Source of the DNA: a virus
DNA: 64,000 nt
Virus record (IMG/VR): IMGVR_UViG_3300037504_000288
Reading direction: 5' to 3' (one strand)
The notes under the pieces were generated by a model that saw nothing but the letters and a program-made list of their open reading frames with translations, did no database searches and had not been told where the DNA came from. Positions 9,985 to 19,928 of the stretch are shown here, piece after piece. Positions within the stretch are counted from its first letter, which is position 1, and each line of letters opens with the position of its first letter. Both the position numbers and the translations under genes were made by a program.

Positions 9985-12730
9985 AACGCTCGCCCTTCTT
10001 GTACGGACCGCGACGATAGGTTGCGTTACTCTCTTTCAAGTACTCAGCGTACTCGGGGTCGAACTGCGCCGCCTGGTTCGGCGACACGGTATCCCAGTCG
10101 ATGCGCGGCGCGCCGTAACTAGCTCGTTGTTGAAACTGTGGTCGTTGCGCTGGCTCTCGCATTTGAGGCTGCGGTTGCGGTCTTGGCATCTGTCGTTGTA
10201 TTTGAGGTTGCGGTTGCGGTCTTGGCTCGAACTGCGGTTTTTGCGGTTGTTGCGCGCTTTGCATCATGCCATCTTGCATTTGTTGTTGCATCCTGCGCTG
10301 CATCGCTTGCTGCTCCTTGACCTCGTCAACAGTCTGACCTCCGAGCGATTCGCCGACCTTAGCGTTGTAATCGGCGCCTTGACCGCTTTCACCGACCGAT
10401 TCCATGACCTTCTGACCGAACGACGCGTTGTAACCGCTTTCACCGACCGATTCCGCGATAGCGTAAGCGCCGCTTCCCGGGCTCATCCCGGTCAACGCTG
10501 AAGCATTGCTCGACAGCCCGGCGCTGCCCTGACCGCCGATGACGTTAACAGTGCCTTTAGCGAGGTTGGAGCCGCCCATCTTACTCACGCCGGTGACGTC
10601 GCCGTAGTCCTTAGGCTTCTCGGTACCGCCGACTAGCGACCCTAGCATGTTACTACCTGCCTTGAGCTTGTTCTCCCATAACGCCATCTGCCCCTTCTGA
10701 CGGTCGGCGCGTAATTGCTCTTGCTGGAGCTTGAACTTGCGCTCGTCCATTTTCTGGTCGCGAGCGAACTTTTGGCGTTTCAGAACCCGGTCCTGGGCGC
10801 GGTCGAGCTTGTCGACCTCGAACTGGTCTTCATGGAGCTTGAACTTGCGCTCGTCCATTTTCTGGTCGCGAGAGAATTTTTGGTGTTTCAAAACCCGGTC
10901 CTGGGCGCGGTCGAGCTTGTCGTACTCGAACTGCTCTTTCTTGAAACCTAGCTCCTCAGTCTTGAACAAGTACTCGTTAATGTTCTTGGCGGACTCCTTG
11001 CCGCGCTTAGCGCGAGCGTCCTCCTCAAGCCGGCGTTGTGCGTATAAGTCTTTCAAGACAGCACTGTACCTGGTACGCTCGCGGTCTTTCAAATTCGGGT
11101 CCTCCATGTACCCGGTGATTCGTGATATTTGCGCGTCTAAATCAGTCAGCCCTGCTGAATCTGCCGTGGACTTTGATGCATTACTTTTAACGCCTTCTGC
11201 CTCTGCCTCGTTAGTCGTCGAGAACGAGAACGATTTGCCGTCAAAATTAAAATCTGTAGTATCATACTCCTCGGACGGTTGGTCGAACCCTGCATTATTA
11301 CTTCGCATACCGTCAGTACCACCTACGCCGCCGGTGTAATCAGCACCTACGTTCCCAGCACCACTAGTGTCGCCACGGTACATGTCGGTATCACCAGCGA
11401 CATCGCCGTAAAACTGCTCGTCGTCAGGCTCGTAATAAGGCATCAAGCCCATAAAATGAAGAGAGTCCTTTGACGACACGCCGTTCATCTTGTACGGCTC
11501 GCCGTACACTGGCTCAACACCTTTGTCATCGTCGCCATAAACCGAGGGCTGACCCGACGGTTGCGTTGTCGAAACCCCTGTCTCGCCGACCGCCACTAAA
11601 TCCTTGTCGCCCATGTAACTTGTTAGTTTGTGTTGCTCTCCTTGTTTAGTAGGGTCTAAAGGGTCGCAATCCAAAATGTTAGCAAGCTTGTCACCGTCGT
11701 AATCGCCGAACATCGATAATCCGCGCTGTTGGCGTAACCTTTTCTTAGAAGTCTTCTCAGGGTTGCCAAGCCCGCCCATCATCCTGTTAATATCAACCCC
11801 GGTGCGCTCGAACATCTTCGAAGGGTCTGTGTTAATATTGCTCTTGAAATAATCGTTGAACTTGCTCTTCTGACCACTAAGGTTTTGAGCGCCGGTCTTG
11901 AACATATTATTAACATTGTTCATTCCGATTGCACTATTGATTTTGTTGAGCGCGTTGTTCTTGGTCAGGTTCATGTCGAACCCTGCGTTAGCGGACACTT
12001 TATTCTGAACGTTGAACTCGTGCTTCATATCAAGCCCGGGTAGCGCTCTAGAACCGACGCCGGTACCTATGAAATTGTTCACATCAAATTTATTGGATGC
12101 CGAAAACTTCTTCATGAAATCATTATTATTAGAAGTGGTTTTGAAGAAGTCTTTAATGACGTTCTCAGTCTTATTTTTAGTATTGGACGCTGAGAACATC
12201 GAGTTCATGTCGATATTACTAGTGCCTAACTTTTTACCGCCCAGCATGCTACCGTCGAACTTTGGCGTGCTATTCTTAGCGCCGCCAAGGATTCCGGACA
12301 GGTCCCTTTTGGAACCGTTGACGAGACCGGTAATAAGACTCTTATTACTCGAGCCGTTATTCTTTGTCATCGAACTCACCTTCTTCAAAGGGTCTTCGGA
12401 ATTGCCGAAGAACCCGCTCATGTTTGAACCGTTCATTTTCTCGGACATTTTAAAACCACCAGATTGTTTTGTCAAAAATCGTAATCGTTGAGAGTACTCC
12501 TGAGCGCCGCCGATGCCGGGCATCTTACCGTCTAGGAAGAAGCTGGAACGCTGACCGCCCATCACCTTGTCGTCGAACCCGACGGGTTGTAACACGTTAG
12601 TTAAATTATCCTTCGAGTAGTTATCCTCGAAGCTAGCGCCCGGGTCGTCAGCGTTACTCTCGTCAACCCCCATCGCTTTACCTTGGAATATTCCTGAAGC
12701 GTTATTATGTATCATTATTAATTTCTCCAT
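9983..12730 (-). CDS. large low-complexity protein (915 aa): Gly/Asn/Ser-rich N-part, internal 36-aa duplication, PQ-rich C-terminus
   Basis: ORF track; composition; C-terminus QPQKPQFEPRPQPQPQIQRQMPRPQPQPQ. Function unknown (possibly virion-associated given position next to other large proteins). Confidence 0.6.
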   Translation of the reverse strand: MEKLIMIHNNASGIFQGKAMGVDESNADDPGASFEDNYSKDNLTNVLQPVGFDDKVMGGQRSSFFLDGKMPGIGGAQEYSQRLRFLTKQSGGFKMSEKMNGSNMSGFFGNSEDPLKKVSSMTKNNGSSNKSLITGLVNGSKRDLSGILGGAKNSTPKFDGSMLGGKKLGTSNIDMNSMFSASNTKNKTENVIKDFFKTTSNNNDFMKKFSASNKFDVNNFIGTGVGSRALPGLDMKHEFNVQNKVSANAGFDMNLTKNNALNKINSAIGMNNVNNMFKTGAQNLSGQKSKFNDYFKSNINTDPSKMFERTGVDINRMMGGLGNPEKTSKKRLRQQRGLSMFGDYDGDKLANILDCDPLDPTKQGEQHKLTSYMGDKDLVAVGETGVSTTQPSGQPSVYGDDDKGVEPVYGEPYKMNGVSSKDSLHFMGLMPYYEPDDEQFYGDVAGDTDMYRGDTSGAGNVGADYTGGVGGTDGMRSNNAGFDQPSEEYDTTDFNFDGKSFSFSTTNEAEAEGVKSNASKSTADSAGLTDLDAQISRITGYMEDPNLKDRERTRYSAVLKDLYAQRRLEEDARAKRGKESAKNINEYLFKTEELGFKKEQFEYDKLDRAQDRVLKHQKFSRDQKMDERKFKLHEDQFEVDKLDRAQDRVLKRQKFARDQKMDERKFKLQQEQLRADRQKGQMALWENKLKAGSNMLGSLVGGTEKPKDYGDVTGVSKMGGSNLAKGTVNVIGGQGSAGLSSNASALTGMSPGSGAYAIAESVGESGYNASFGQKVMESVGESGQGADYNAKVGESLGGQTVDEVKEQQAMQRRMQQQMQDGMMQSAQQPQKPQFEPRPQPQPQIQRQMPRPQPQPQMREPAQRPQFQQRASYGAPRIDWDTVSPNQAAQFDPEYAEYLKESNATYRRGPYKKGER
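10728..10943 (-). repeat. in-frame 108-bp direct duplication (2 copies) inside CDS 9983..12730
   Basis: agcttgaacttgcgctcgtccattttctggtcgcgag(c/a)gaa(c/t)ttttgg(c/t)gtttca(g/a)aacccggtcctgggcgcggtcgagcttgtcg... occurs at 10728 and 10836; encodes duplicated FE(Y/V)DKLDRAQDRVLK(H/R)QKF(S/A)RDQKMDERKFKL. Confidence 0.85.
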
Positions 12731-12771
12731 ATATTAATTAATATATAAACTGATAGTCTACCGTGCGCTCG

Positions 12772-13075
12772 TCAATAATCTTGTTCTTTCCTGAAACTAG
12801 CGACGAGCATGTAAATGATGACTATGATGAATAATATGAAAGGGAGCGAATGAAAAAAATCCATGTACTTGTCAATGCTAGAATGGATTTTAACGCTCGT
12901 GGCGTTGTCAATGTTGCTACCTAGCATTGTCGTATTATCAGTCAAGCCTTTAATAGTAGGCACGAGGTGCGCGTCAAAGACCTGGGTGAAAGTTATGTAT
13001 ATAATACCTAATCCGAAAAGCGTCACGAGCCCGAAAACCCATGTGAACCCTGTCGAGTAACCTTTCCTATTCATC
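12772..13075 (-). CDS. small membrane protein (~100 aa, 2 TM helices)
   Basis: Track ORF 12772..13149 overlaps the upstream gene by 50 nt; internal ATG ATG at 13075 (MMNRKGYSTGFTWVFGLVTLFGLGIIYITF...) lies ~30 nt after a class-2 promoter motif and an aaggtag SD, so the shorter start is preferred. Confidence 0.5.
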
Positions 13076-13099
13076 ATAATACTACCTTTGAAGTATAAC

Positions 13100-16000
13100 T
13101 TATTTATATATATATTTTTTTGATTTGGATTTGGATTTGAATTTTTCACCTAACTTCTTCAAAGCGGTGCCGATGCTGTCGCTCGATTGTTTAGCAGCGG
13201 TTTTCTTACCACGCTGGTTGCCGAACGTTCTAGTATTAGCATTCGGCATCCTGTTATCGAGCGGTCCGCCGTTGAGCTCGCGGAACCGTCTGCCGCTAGC
13301 GATGTCGTCGCCGAACATTCGGTCGACAGAGTTCTGAGCGTAATCGTAACCTGTCATTCGCTCTCGCTTAGCGCGCTGTCGTCGACGCCAAGCGCCCGCG
13401 TAATCAGCTAAAGGGTTGTTAACAAGCCGCCCGCTACCGAACGCACCGACAGCGCCGAAACGCCGACCGCCGCCGCCAAGCCCGCCGCCTAATCCCGGGA
13501 GCGGGAACGTGCCTGAGAAAGTGGCAGTGTTAGCTTGGACTTGAGCTTGCGATTGAGCTTGTGATTGAGCTTGAGACTGCGCTTGTGATTGAGCTTGAGA
13601 CTGCGCTTGTGATTGAGCTTGAGACTGCGCCTGAGGCTGCGCCTGAGCCTGAGACTGCGATTGCGGGCTTGTCAAAGGCTGGGTTCTCGAGAACTCTTGA
13701 GGCTGCGGTTGAGAACTAGCGAACGATTGCGAGTCGGCGAGAGAACTGGACGTTCCACGACCGTAAGATTTGCTAGTTACAGGTGACGACACAGGAGTGC
13801 CTAAACTATCTATATCGTAAGAAATCTCGCTCTGTAAAGAACCACCGTCAGTCAACGCGAACGATTGCGAAGCGTCGCGCGAGCGGCCGCCTGTGAACGC
13901 TGAAGAAACACCGCCTTTAACACCGGTATAGCCGCGCATGAACACGTCATCACCCTTGCCGTAAATGAAAGTAGTGAGCTTGTCAGCAGGGTATTCTACC
14001 AAGTCAGCTAAATAACCGCCTATCTCGACAGCGCGGCCGGCACGCTTACTATACTTGACAGCGGGCTTGGTACTCTTCAAAGCGCTCCTGGAGAACATCC
14101 TGCCGGAACGCCCGAGGTTGATAGCGCCACTGATAGCGCCTGAAGTGAGACCGCCACCGGCGCCAGCGCCTACCAGCTCGTTAACTTTAACATCCTCGTA
14201 ACCAGCGGCTTTAGCAGTAGTATAAACGCCTGCGCCCTCGTAAACACCGGCCGGTGCTATCTTACCAAACGACTGGGTAAACGGGCGTTGGATGGTTTTA
14301 GAAGAACCACTGAGCGCCTTGCGACCAGCGCTGCTGAACGCCTTGCGGCCTATACGCTCGGCGCCGACGTTAGCGCCGACGACGCTTCCTAACTCGACAA
14401 CCTCGCCGCCCACAAACTGCGCATGCATAGCGCGCGCCAGCTCTTCAGCGTCCTTCTCAGAATAACCCTCGCGAACGGCCTTGTCGATAATCGCCGTCTT
14501 GAAATCTTTCTTGGAACCGAAAGCCAAATCGCTCATAGGCAACCATTCCGCCAACGCCTTGCCAGCGCCCGATTCGATACTACCACGCGAAGCGCTAATA
14601 CCCTCTCGCATGTACTCGTCGAACTTGCCACGCTTCTCGTAGAACAATTCTCGAAACTCGTCATCGCCAGACGCCAAGCTCACGCCGCTACCGACTGCAA
14701 GCTTGCCAGCTTCCATAGCAGGCTTGAAAGTAGCATAGCCCTTAGCGAGCTTGTCAACACCTTTCGCGACTACAGAACCAGCCTTCGTGCCGCTACCAGC
14801 GACGCCTAGTGTGGCAAGCGTTAAAGCACCACTTGTAGTATCCCAATCCATCCGTTTCATGAAACCACGGTCTTTATTATAATAATCGTCAGTATCGTAA
14901 AAAACGCCGAGCAACGCGTTGCCAGCGCTGTCAGCGTCCAAGTCGAACTTGCCAGTATTAGCTATAGACCTAGCCTGCGAGCGAAAACCGCCGCCCGGCA
15001 AGTAATTAGATAAAGTCTGGAGCTTGTTATCACTCTCTGAAAAATCCTCGGCCACGTTCTGACCGAACTGGTAGCCTGTTGATAAAACGTCACGAGCAAC
15101 GTCTGCGACTCCGAGCCCTAGCTTTCCAGCACTAGCGGTCACGTACCTGCCTGTAGCGCCGCCCTTCGCGTAGCTAGTGAGCTGGTTCTTATACTGTTCT
15201 AAAGGGTCTAACTCTTCAATATCCTTAATACGAGAAGATAACCTGTCAGTCTCAAGCTTATCAGATAACGCCTTGTCCTGCTGTAAAGTAACCTGGTAGT
15301 TCAAGTCTTCAACGTCGCCTTTCAAACCGCTAGCTTCAGAACGTAAACGCTCGCTCTCTTCAAAAAGCTCCTTGTTAGAAGATAGTATGGAACGCTCCGT
15401 GTCTTCGAGCGCCACGAGCTTATCATAACCTTCAGGTCGAATCTCGACTTGGTAATTATCAGGCTCGAAAGAACTCTTTTTAACGAACAACGTGTCGTCT
15501 TCCAACCTCTTATCCTTACCTTGCGAGAACTCCGAATCAGCGACGGGCACTACCCTGCGGCCAGTCTCAGGGTCTATATAGTTATCAGTAGAATACTCTT
15601 CTATCAATTCAGACTTTCTAGAGCGTATATTAGAAAGTGTGTTCATGATAGGCTTGAGCTGCGCGTCCACGTCGGACTGCTTCTCGGAGAGCGTCGAGAC
15701 GCGCTCTTTAATAACAGAGCCGCGCGATTCCAAATCTTCAACGCTAGAAACCTTATACCCCGTTCCGAAATCCTCCTTTCCGAAACTGCCGACTTTAGAA
15801 GTCGGAGCGCCAGATAACCCAACTGGCGAATAATCTTCCATGACACCGTAAATTTTTGAGCGCGCGTCTGAACCCTCGTCGTAAACGAAACTTTCACCGC
15901 TCGAATCGATAATGTCGGCGCGCCGAGCTTCTAAACGCTCAATCGCAATCTCGTCAGTCTTCTTACTACCGAACATCCTGTTCATATAATTGGAAAACCC

Positions 16001-16669
16001 GCCCTTGTCAGACTGCAACTTGTTATAAGTCTCGACAGGGATGCCTTCGCGATAGCCAAGCTCGTAATCAGGAGGTTTAATAACGCCCTTGTCGTAAGCC
16101 TCAGCTAAATCCTCATAAGTCTCTCTAGAAGGCTCGGTTGCCAGCTCCGGATTATCGCGTATAACGTTCTCGCGACGGAGCCTTTTAGAATCACGACGAG
16201 CCTTTGAACGCCTAGCTTGCAAGCCTCGCTTCTCGAACTCTGAAAAGCCCTGAGCTTGAGAACGCGCCATCGCTTCAGACTTGGAAACACTCTGGCCGCT
16301 CTTAGCATCTGAAAATCCAGACCCTGACTGCTCGAAACGACTATTGTCGATTATAGAAGACGCTTGCTGTTGACTAACACCTTTTTGGTCATTGAAGAAA
16401 TCGCTAGCGTAATCAACGCCGCCAAGACGCTGCTCTCGAGCCGCGACTTGAGCGTTCAAGCTAGCAATATCGCCAGACTGAACAGCCTTGTGAATCTCGT
16501 CAGGAGTATGCACGACACGCCCTGAACTGTCAACATGACCGTAATCAGCGCTGGTAGTGCCCTTGTAACTCGAAGGCGCTTTCGAACCTTTGCGCACACC
16601 GCTAGAGCTAGAGCTAGAAGTAGATTGCCGAACCTTGTTATAATCAATATAAGAGCTTGGGTCTGCCAT
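13100..16669 (-). CDS. large protein (1189 aa) with coiled-coil segments, Gly-rich regions and (QAQS)n repeat; function unknown, possibly structural
   Basis: ORF track; low-complexity composition; C-terminus ends ...KSKSKKYIYK. Confidence 0.6.
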   Translation of the reverse strand: MADPSSYIDYNKVRQSTSSSSSSGVRKGSKAPSSYKGTTSADYGHVDSSGRVVHTPDEIHKAVQSGDIASLNAQVAAREQRLGGVDYASDFFNDQKGVSQQQASSIIDNSRFEQSGSGFSDAKSGQSVSKSEAMARSQAQGFSEFEKRGLQARRSKARRDSKRLRRENVIRDNPELATEPSRETYEDLAEAYDKGVIKPPDYELGYREGIPVETYNKLQSDKGGFSNYMNRMFGSKKTDEIAIERLEARRADIIDSSGESFVYDEGSDARSKIYGVMEDYSPVGLSGAPTSKVGSFGKEDFGTGYKVSSVEDLESRGSVIKERVSTLSEKQSDVDAQLKPIMNTLSNIRSRKSELIEEYSTDNYIDPETGRRVVPVADSEFSQGKDKRLEDDTLFVKKSSFEPDNYQVEIRPEGYDKLVALEDTERSILSSNKELFEESERLRSEASGLKGDVEDLNYQVTLQQDKALSDKLETDRLSSRIKDIEELDPLEQYKNQLTSYAKGGATGRYVTASAGKLGLGVADVARDVLSTGYQFGQNVAEDFSESDNKLQTLSNYLPGGGFRSQARSIANTGKFDLDADSAGNALLGVFYDTDDYYNKDRGFMKRMDWDTTSGALTLATLGVAGSGTKAGSVVAKGVDKLAKGYATFKPAMEAGKLAVGSGVSLASGDDEFRELFYEKRGKFDEYMREGISASRGSIESGAGKALAEWLPMSDLAFGSKKDFKTAIIDKAVREGYSEKDAEELARAMHAQFVGGEVVELGSVVGANVGAERIGRKAFSSAGRKALSGSSKTIQRPFTQSFGKIAPAGVYEGAGVYTTAKAAGYEDVKVNELVGAGAGGGLTSGAISGAINLGRSGRMFSRSALKSTKPAVKYSKRAGRAVEIGGYLADLVEYPADKLTTFIYGKGDDVFMRGYTGVKGGVSSAFTGGRSRDASQSFALTDGGSLQSEISYDIDSLGTPVSSPVTSKSYGRGTSSSLADSQSFASSQPQPQEFSRTQPLTSPQSQSQAQAQPQAQSQAQSQAQSQAQSQAQSQAQSQAQSQAQVQANTATFSGTFPLPGLGGGLGGGGRRFGAVGAFGSGRLVNNPLADYAGAWRRRQRAKRERMTGYDYAQNSVDRMFGDDIASGRRFRELNGGPLDNRMPNANTRTFGNQRGKKTAAKQSSDSIGTALKKLGEKFKSKSKSKKYIYK
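13101..13122 (-). promoter_or_regulatory. class-2 promoter overlapping the last codons (KKYIYK*) of the upstream gene
   Basis: rc = AAAAAAATATATATATAAATAAG; 25-30 nt upstream of start 13075. Confidence 0.45.
13535..13665 (-). repeat. ~24-bp tandem repeat (gcttgtgattgagcttgagactgc)n encoding (QAQSQAQS)n
   Basis: Direct reading of 13541-13660. Confidence 0.85.
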
Positions 16670-16686
16670 TATAATATCGCCTCATC

Positions 16687-18510
16687 CTAAAATTTTTCTC
16701 GGAACACTATACGACCAGTCGAAGGGTCGTAATAACTAACGCCTGCGACCCTAGAACCGTACTGTCTAGTAGTAGTCTCGTCGAACCCAGCGCCGTAATC
16801 AACGTCGCCGACGACCCGCCCCTGCTCGTTAATATCCAAGTTTTCAAAATCGAAATCTGTATCGCGACCAGTCACGCCTCCGAAGATGTCACTCTGGACG
16901 CTAGCGACCTTCTCGCCACCAGTGTAATAATCGAAATTGCTCAAGTAAGTGTCGCGCTCGTAAACGTCCTTGTCGCCAGTCTTACCATAGAGCACCAGCT
17001 CGCCAGCGTCGCGGTCGTAAAGCATCGCGTCGTTACCGCCGACGACACCGCCGCTCCTGACACGACCAGACGCTTCCAAGATGTCCTTATTCTCCTGGCT
17101 CTTAATGTAAGGACTCCAAGTACTCTGGCTCTTGATAACACCAGGCGCCTCATAATCACGCTTTTGCTGAAGGTAAACAGCACCCTCCTTCTCGATAGTC
17201 TCGTCGTCGCCGCGGTCGGTCTCTTTCTCGTAATCGTAATAATCGGCCCATTTCTTGAAACTAACCTCGCGACCTTTATCATCGTAGTCTATGAACTTAT
17301 CCTTCCTAATACGAGCCGAGTACTCCTCCTCGTCACCGTAACGGTCCTCCTTCTGCTCAAGGCTCCGGGTGTAAGGGGTCCAGCTACGATAACTCTTACG
17401 AAGACCTTTGTCGCCGTAGACAATGTCCTCTTTCTTGTAAACGTCGCCACGGCGCTTGTCCTTCTCGTGGTAGAAGCTGGACTCGCGGTCGAGCTCGTCG
17501 TCAGTACGCCTGTAATCATCCCATTTCTGCTTACGCTTGAAAAAACCCTTGTCGGTGAAGTCGATGTCTAACTTCTTGAAAACGTCCTTCTCAACATCAC
17601 GGGTTCGCTTCTCGTAACGGTCGTCGTAACTGTCGCGCCATCCGAACTCCTCGTCCGTGTCGCGCTTAGTATAAACACCCCAGTCCTGAGCTTTCTTCAA
17701 AACGCCCTTGTTATAATCGCGTTTCAACTTGGTGTACACATCACGCTCCTCCTTGCGACGGTAATCGTAATCGCGGTCCTCATCGTCACGCTCGTCCTCC
17801 TTCTCGTACTCGTACTCGCGACGGTAATCGCCGCGCTCAACGACGCTGCTCAGCATCTTACCGGTAGGGTCGAGGTTAATCTCGACAGGAGTGTAATAAC
17901 CGTACTCGGTGTCACGGTCGCGCTCGCGCTCGCGGTCGTCGCCACGATACCTATACTCCTTAGTATAAGTCTCTTCCTCCTCGTACTTCTTCTTAGGAGC
18001 GACGTACTTGGTGTCGCTGACCTTCTTGAAAGTGTCAGGGATATCAAGCTTCCAAGCGTTACTCTTGAGAACCATACCTGAAGGGTCGTAATCATACTTC
18101 TTCTTACGATAAGTGCCCTTCACGTTCAAACTCTTATTCTGCTTGTCAAAGTTGAAATTGAAAAGGTCGCCCTTGCCGCTGCCGAGCTTGGAAGCGAAAT
18201 TTTTAACACCCTTATCAACATCCTTCTGCGATAGAATACCGGTCTTTGAAGTGTTATCAACAAACCCCATAATATTAATATCCTGGCCAGTGTTAATCTT
18301 CTGGGTGAAGAAATCGTTATTAGCAACGTTATCGGGGACTTTGGCTTTGGACAATGCCATGTTAGTCATGTATTTCTTACGCTCAATGTCGTAACGCTTA
18401 TTGGTCAACCTGCCTTTCTTACGGTCGCCACCGCCAGCGTACCGGCTCTTTGAAGACCGAGACTTGCGATTAGGACCTCGAGATTTAGATTTTCTAGTTT
18501 TGGAAGCCAT
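16687..18510 (-). CDS. highly charged polyampholyte protein (607 aa; R/D/E/K/Y-rich, RDRDTEYGYY / DYRREYEYEKEDERDDEDRDYDYRRKEERD), Gly-rich C-terminal 120 aa
   Basis: ORF track; composition by eye. No recognisable fold. Confidence 0.55.
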   Translation of the reverse strand: MASKTRKSKSRGPNRKSRSSKSRYAGGGDRKKGRLTNKRYDIERKKYMTNMALSKAKVPDNVANNDFFTQKINTGQDINIMGFVDNTSKTGILSQKDVDKGVKNFASKLGSGKGDLFNFNFDKQNKSLNVKGTYRKKKYDYDPSGMVLKSNAWKLDIPDTFKKVSDTKYVAPKKKYEEEETYTKEYRYRGDDRERERDRDTEYGYYTPVEINLDPTGKMLSSVVERGDYRREYEYEKEDERDDEDRDYDYRRKEERDVYTKLKRDYNKGVLKKAQDWGVYTKRDTDEEFGWRDSYDDRYEKRTRDVEKDVFKKLDIDFTDKGFFKRKQKWDDYRRTDDELDRESSFYHEKDKRRGDVYKKEDIVYGDKGLRKSYRSWTPYTRSLEQKEDRYGDEEEYSARIRKDKFIDYDDKGREVSFKKWADYYDYEKETDRGDDETIEKEGAVYLQQKRDYEAPGVIKSQSTWSPYIKSQENKDILEASGRVRSGGVVGGNDAMLYDRDAGELVLYGKTGDKDVYERDTYLSNFDYYTGGEKVASVQSDIFGGVTGRDTDFDFENLDINEQGRVVGDVDYGAGFDETTTRQYGSRVAGVSYYDPSTGRIVFREKF

Positions 18511-18573
18511 AGTTTAGTATCACCATCGAAAAAAAACGTTATTTTTTGTTAATAATGATACTAACAACACTCC

Positions 18574-18599
18574 TTATTTATATATATATTTTTTTTCTC
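18574..18599 (-). promoter_or_regulatory. class-2 promoter upstream of 16687..18510
   Basis: rc = GAGAAAAAAAATATATATATAAATAAGGAG between stop of 18598..19113 and start 18510. Confidence 0.45.
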
Positions 18600-19113
18600 A
18601 AAGGTTGATGTCCGGAGCGCGATGAGCATAATCATCAACCAGCTCGATATGAGTCATTATACCCAGTTCTAAAAGCTTGTGCGAAATATCCTTGTTCTTA
18701 ACAGCACCGAACCCTTTCTCGTAAGCCTCCTTAAGCTTGTAAGTCGGCAACCTCTTACTCTTGAACTGCTTGCTGAAATTCTCGTCAGTATCAATTGAGG
18801 ATTTCATATGCTTATCAAGCTTGTCATACATGCACTCTGCCTCGCGCTTCTCCTCAAGCTCCTGCTCGGGAGTGCCTCTGATTTTTATACGCATCCATTG
18901 TATAACGTAGAATAAATCTTCAGGCTCCTCGTAACGCTCGATGATGAACACCAAACGACCATCGCGCTTAGCGGCGCGACGAGCCTTTTTCATACTCTCG
19001 GAAATAATATTCCACATGTTCTCCTGAAAACTAACTAGTCCTTTAACGCGACTAGCCAACCTTCGCATGCCACGCTTAGGCATACGACGCCCAATATTAA
19101 TGTATAAAGTCAT
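18598..19113 (-). CDS. hypothetical protein (171 aa)
   Basis: ORF track; same orientation and packing as neighbours. Confidence 0.45.
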   Translation of the reverse strand: MTLYINIGRRMPKRGMRRLASRVKGLVSFQENMWNIISESMKKARRAAKRDGRLVFIIERYEEPEDLFYVIQWMRIKIRGTPEQELEEKREAECMYDKLDKHMKSSIDTDENFSKQFKSKRLPTYKLKEAYEKGFGAVKNKDISHKLLELGIMTHIELVDDYAHRAPDINL

Positions 19114-19141
19114 ATTATATCAAATCCTCCAAAATATATTA

Positions 19142-19570
19142 TCAACCACGACGCTTCCAAAAAACTCTCAAGTCATCCTTCTCGAGCCCGAACTTTTTAA
19201 GGAGCGCATTAGCGACCATTGGCAAAACCACCATTAACGGTATAACCTGCCATAACTCGAGCATCACCGGTATTCTAGAATCCCAAAAACCGCGCACTAT
19301 TAAAAAAACAACGAGCATGAGCGCGATGTTAAAAACTATCCTAGCAACACTCTTAACAGACCATTTAAAAGGTTTACTCTTAGGATTCTTCAAATTGATA
19401 AACTCGCGCTGCTCGGCGACGCTCAAGTTATTCTTTGAACGAAGCTGAGCGAGCCGTTCACGAACGCGACGATGCTCGACACGAGACTTCTTACTAGAGA
19501 GTAAAACTATGTAAGTCCTAACCATGTAAATAATATAAGCTATGAACAGGTTAGTCGCTAGATTAACCAT
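19142..19570 (-). CDS. hypothetical membrane protein (142 aa, ~3 TM)
   Basis: Hydrophobic stretches LFIAYIIYMVRTYIVLL, IVFNIALMLVVFLIV, VIPLMVVLPMV. Confidence 0.45.
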   Translation of the reverse strand: MVNLATNLFIAYIIYMVRTYIVLLSSKKSRVEHRRVRERLAQLRSKNNLSVAEQREFINLKNPKSKPFKWSVKSVARIVFNIALMLVVFLIVRGFWDSRIPVMLELWQVIPLMVVLPMVANALLKKFGLEKDDLRVFWKRRG

Positions 19571-19928
19571 CGGCGCAACCCTCCAGCAACATTTCCTTAA
19601 TAAGGTCTACGTCCAGCTTTGTAAGGTCGTGATTGTGATTATTAGAATGATTAGCCATTATCAAACGAACATCAGTCTTAGGAAAACTATTAAGCACTAA
19701 CAACTTGTACTTCTCATACAACGATTCTAAACGCTTCGAAGAATAAGCGTCCATCAAGAAAAGGCTGTTCTTAACGTAAAAAACCACCTCGCTGTTGAAA
19801 ATCGCAATCTTACGAGCCAAGTCTAAAGCTACGACCTCTTTAGAAACTACCATATCATAACACCACCTTCGCGACCGTCGCTCTTCAAAAGCTTCAAAGA
19901 ATCGAGCTTGTGAACCCAACGGCTCCAC
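19563..19928 (-). CDS. hypothetical protein (121 aa)
   Basis: ORF track; 8-nt overlap with downstream gene. Confidence 0.4.
   Translation of the reverse strand: MEPLGSQARFFEAFEERRSRRWCYDMVVSKEVVALDLARKIAIFNSEVVFYVKNSLFLMDAYSSKRLESLYEKYKLLVLNSFPKTDVRLIMANHSNNHNHDLTKLDVDLIKEMLLEGCADG

Noticed and set aside
10127-17571. Plus-strand ORFs antisense to the large minus-strand genes (10127..10501, 10731..11339, 12012..12491, 14423..14809, 15449..15817, 17164..17571)
   Set aside because: These are shadow ORFs on the opposite strand of clearly coding genes. They have repetitive, low-complexity (L/R/S-rich) translations and no SD or promoter context.
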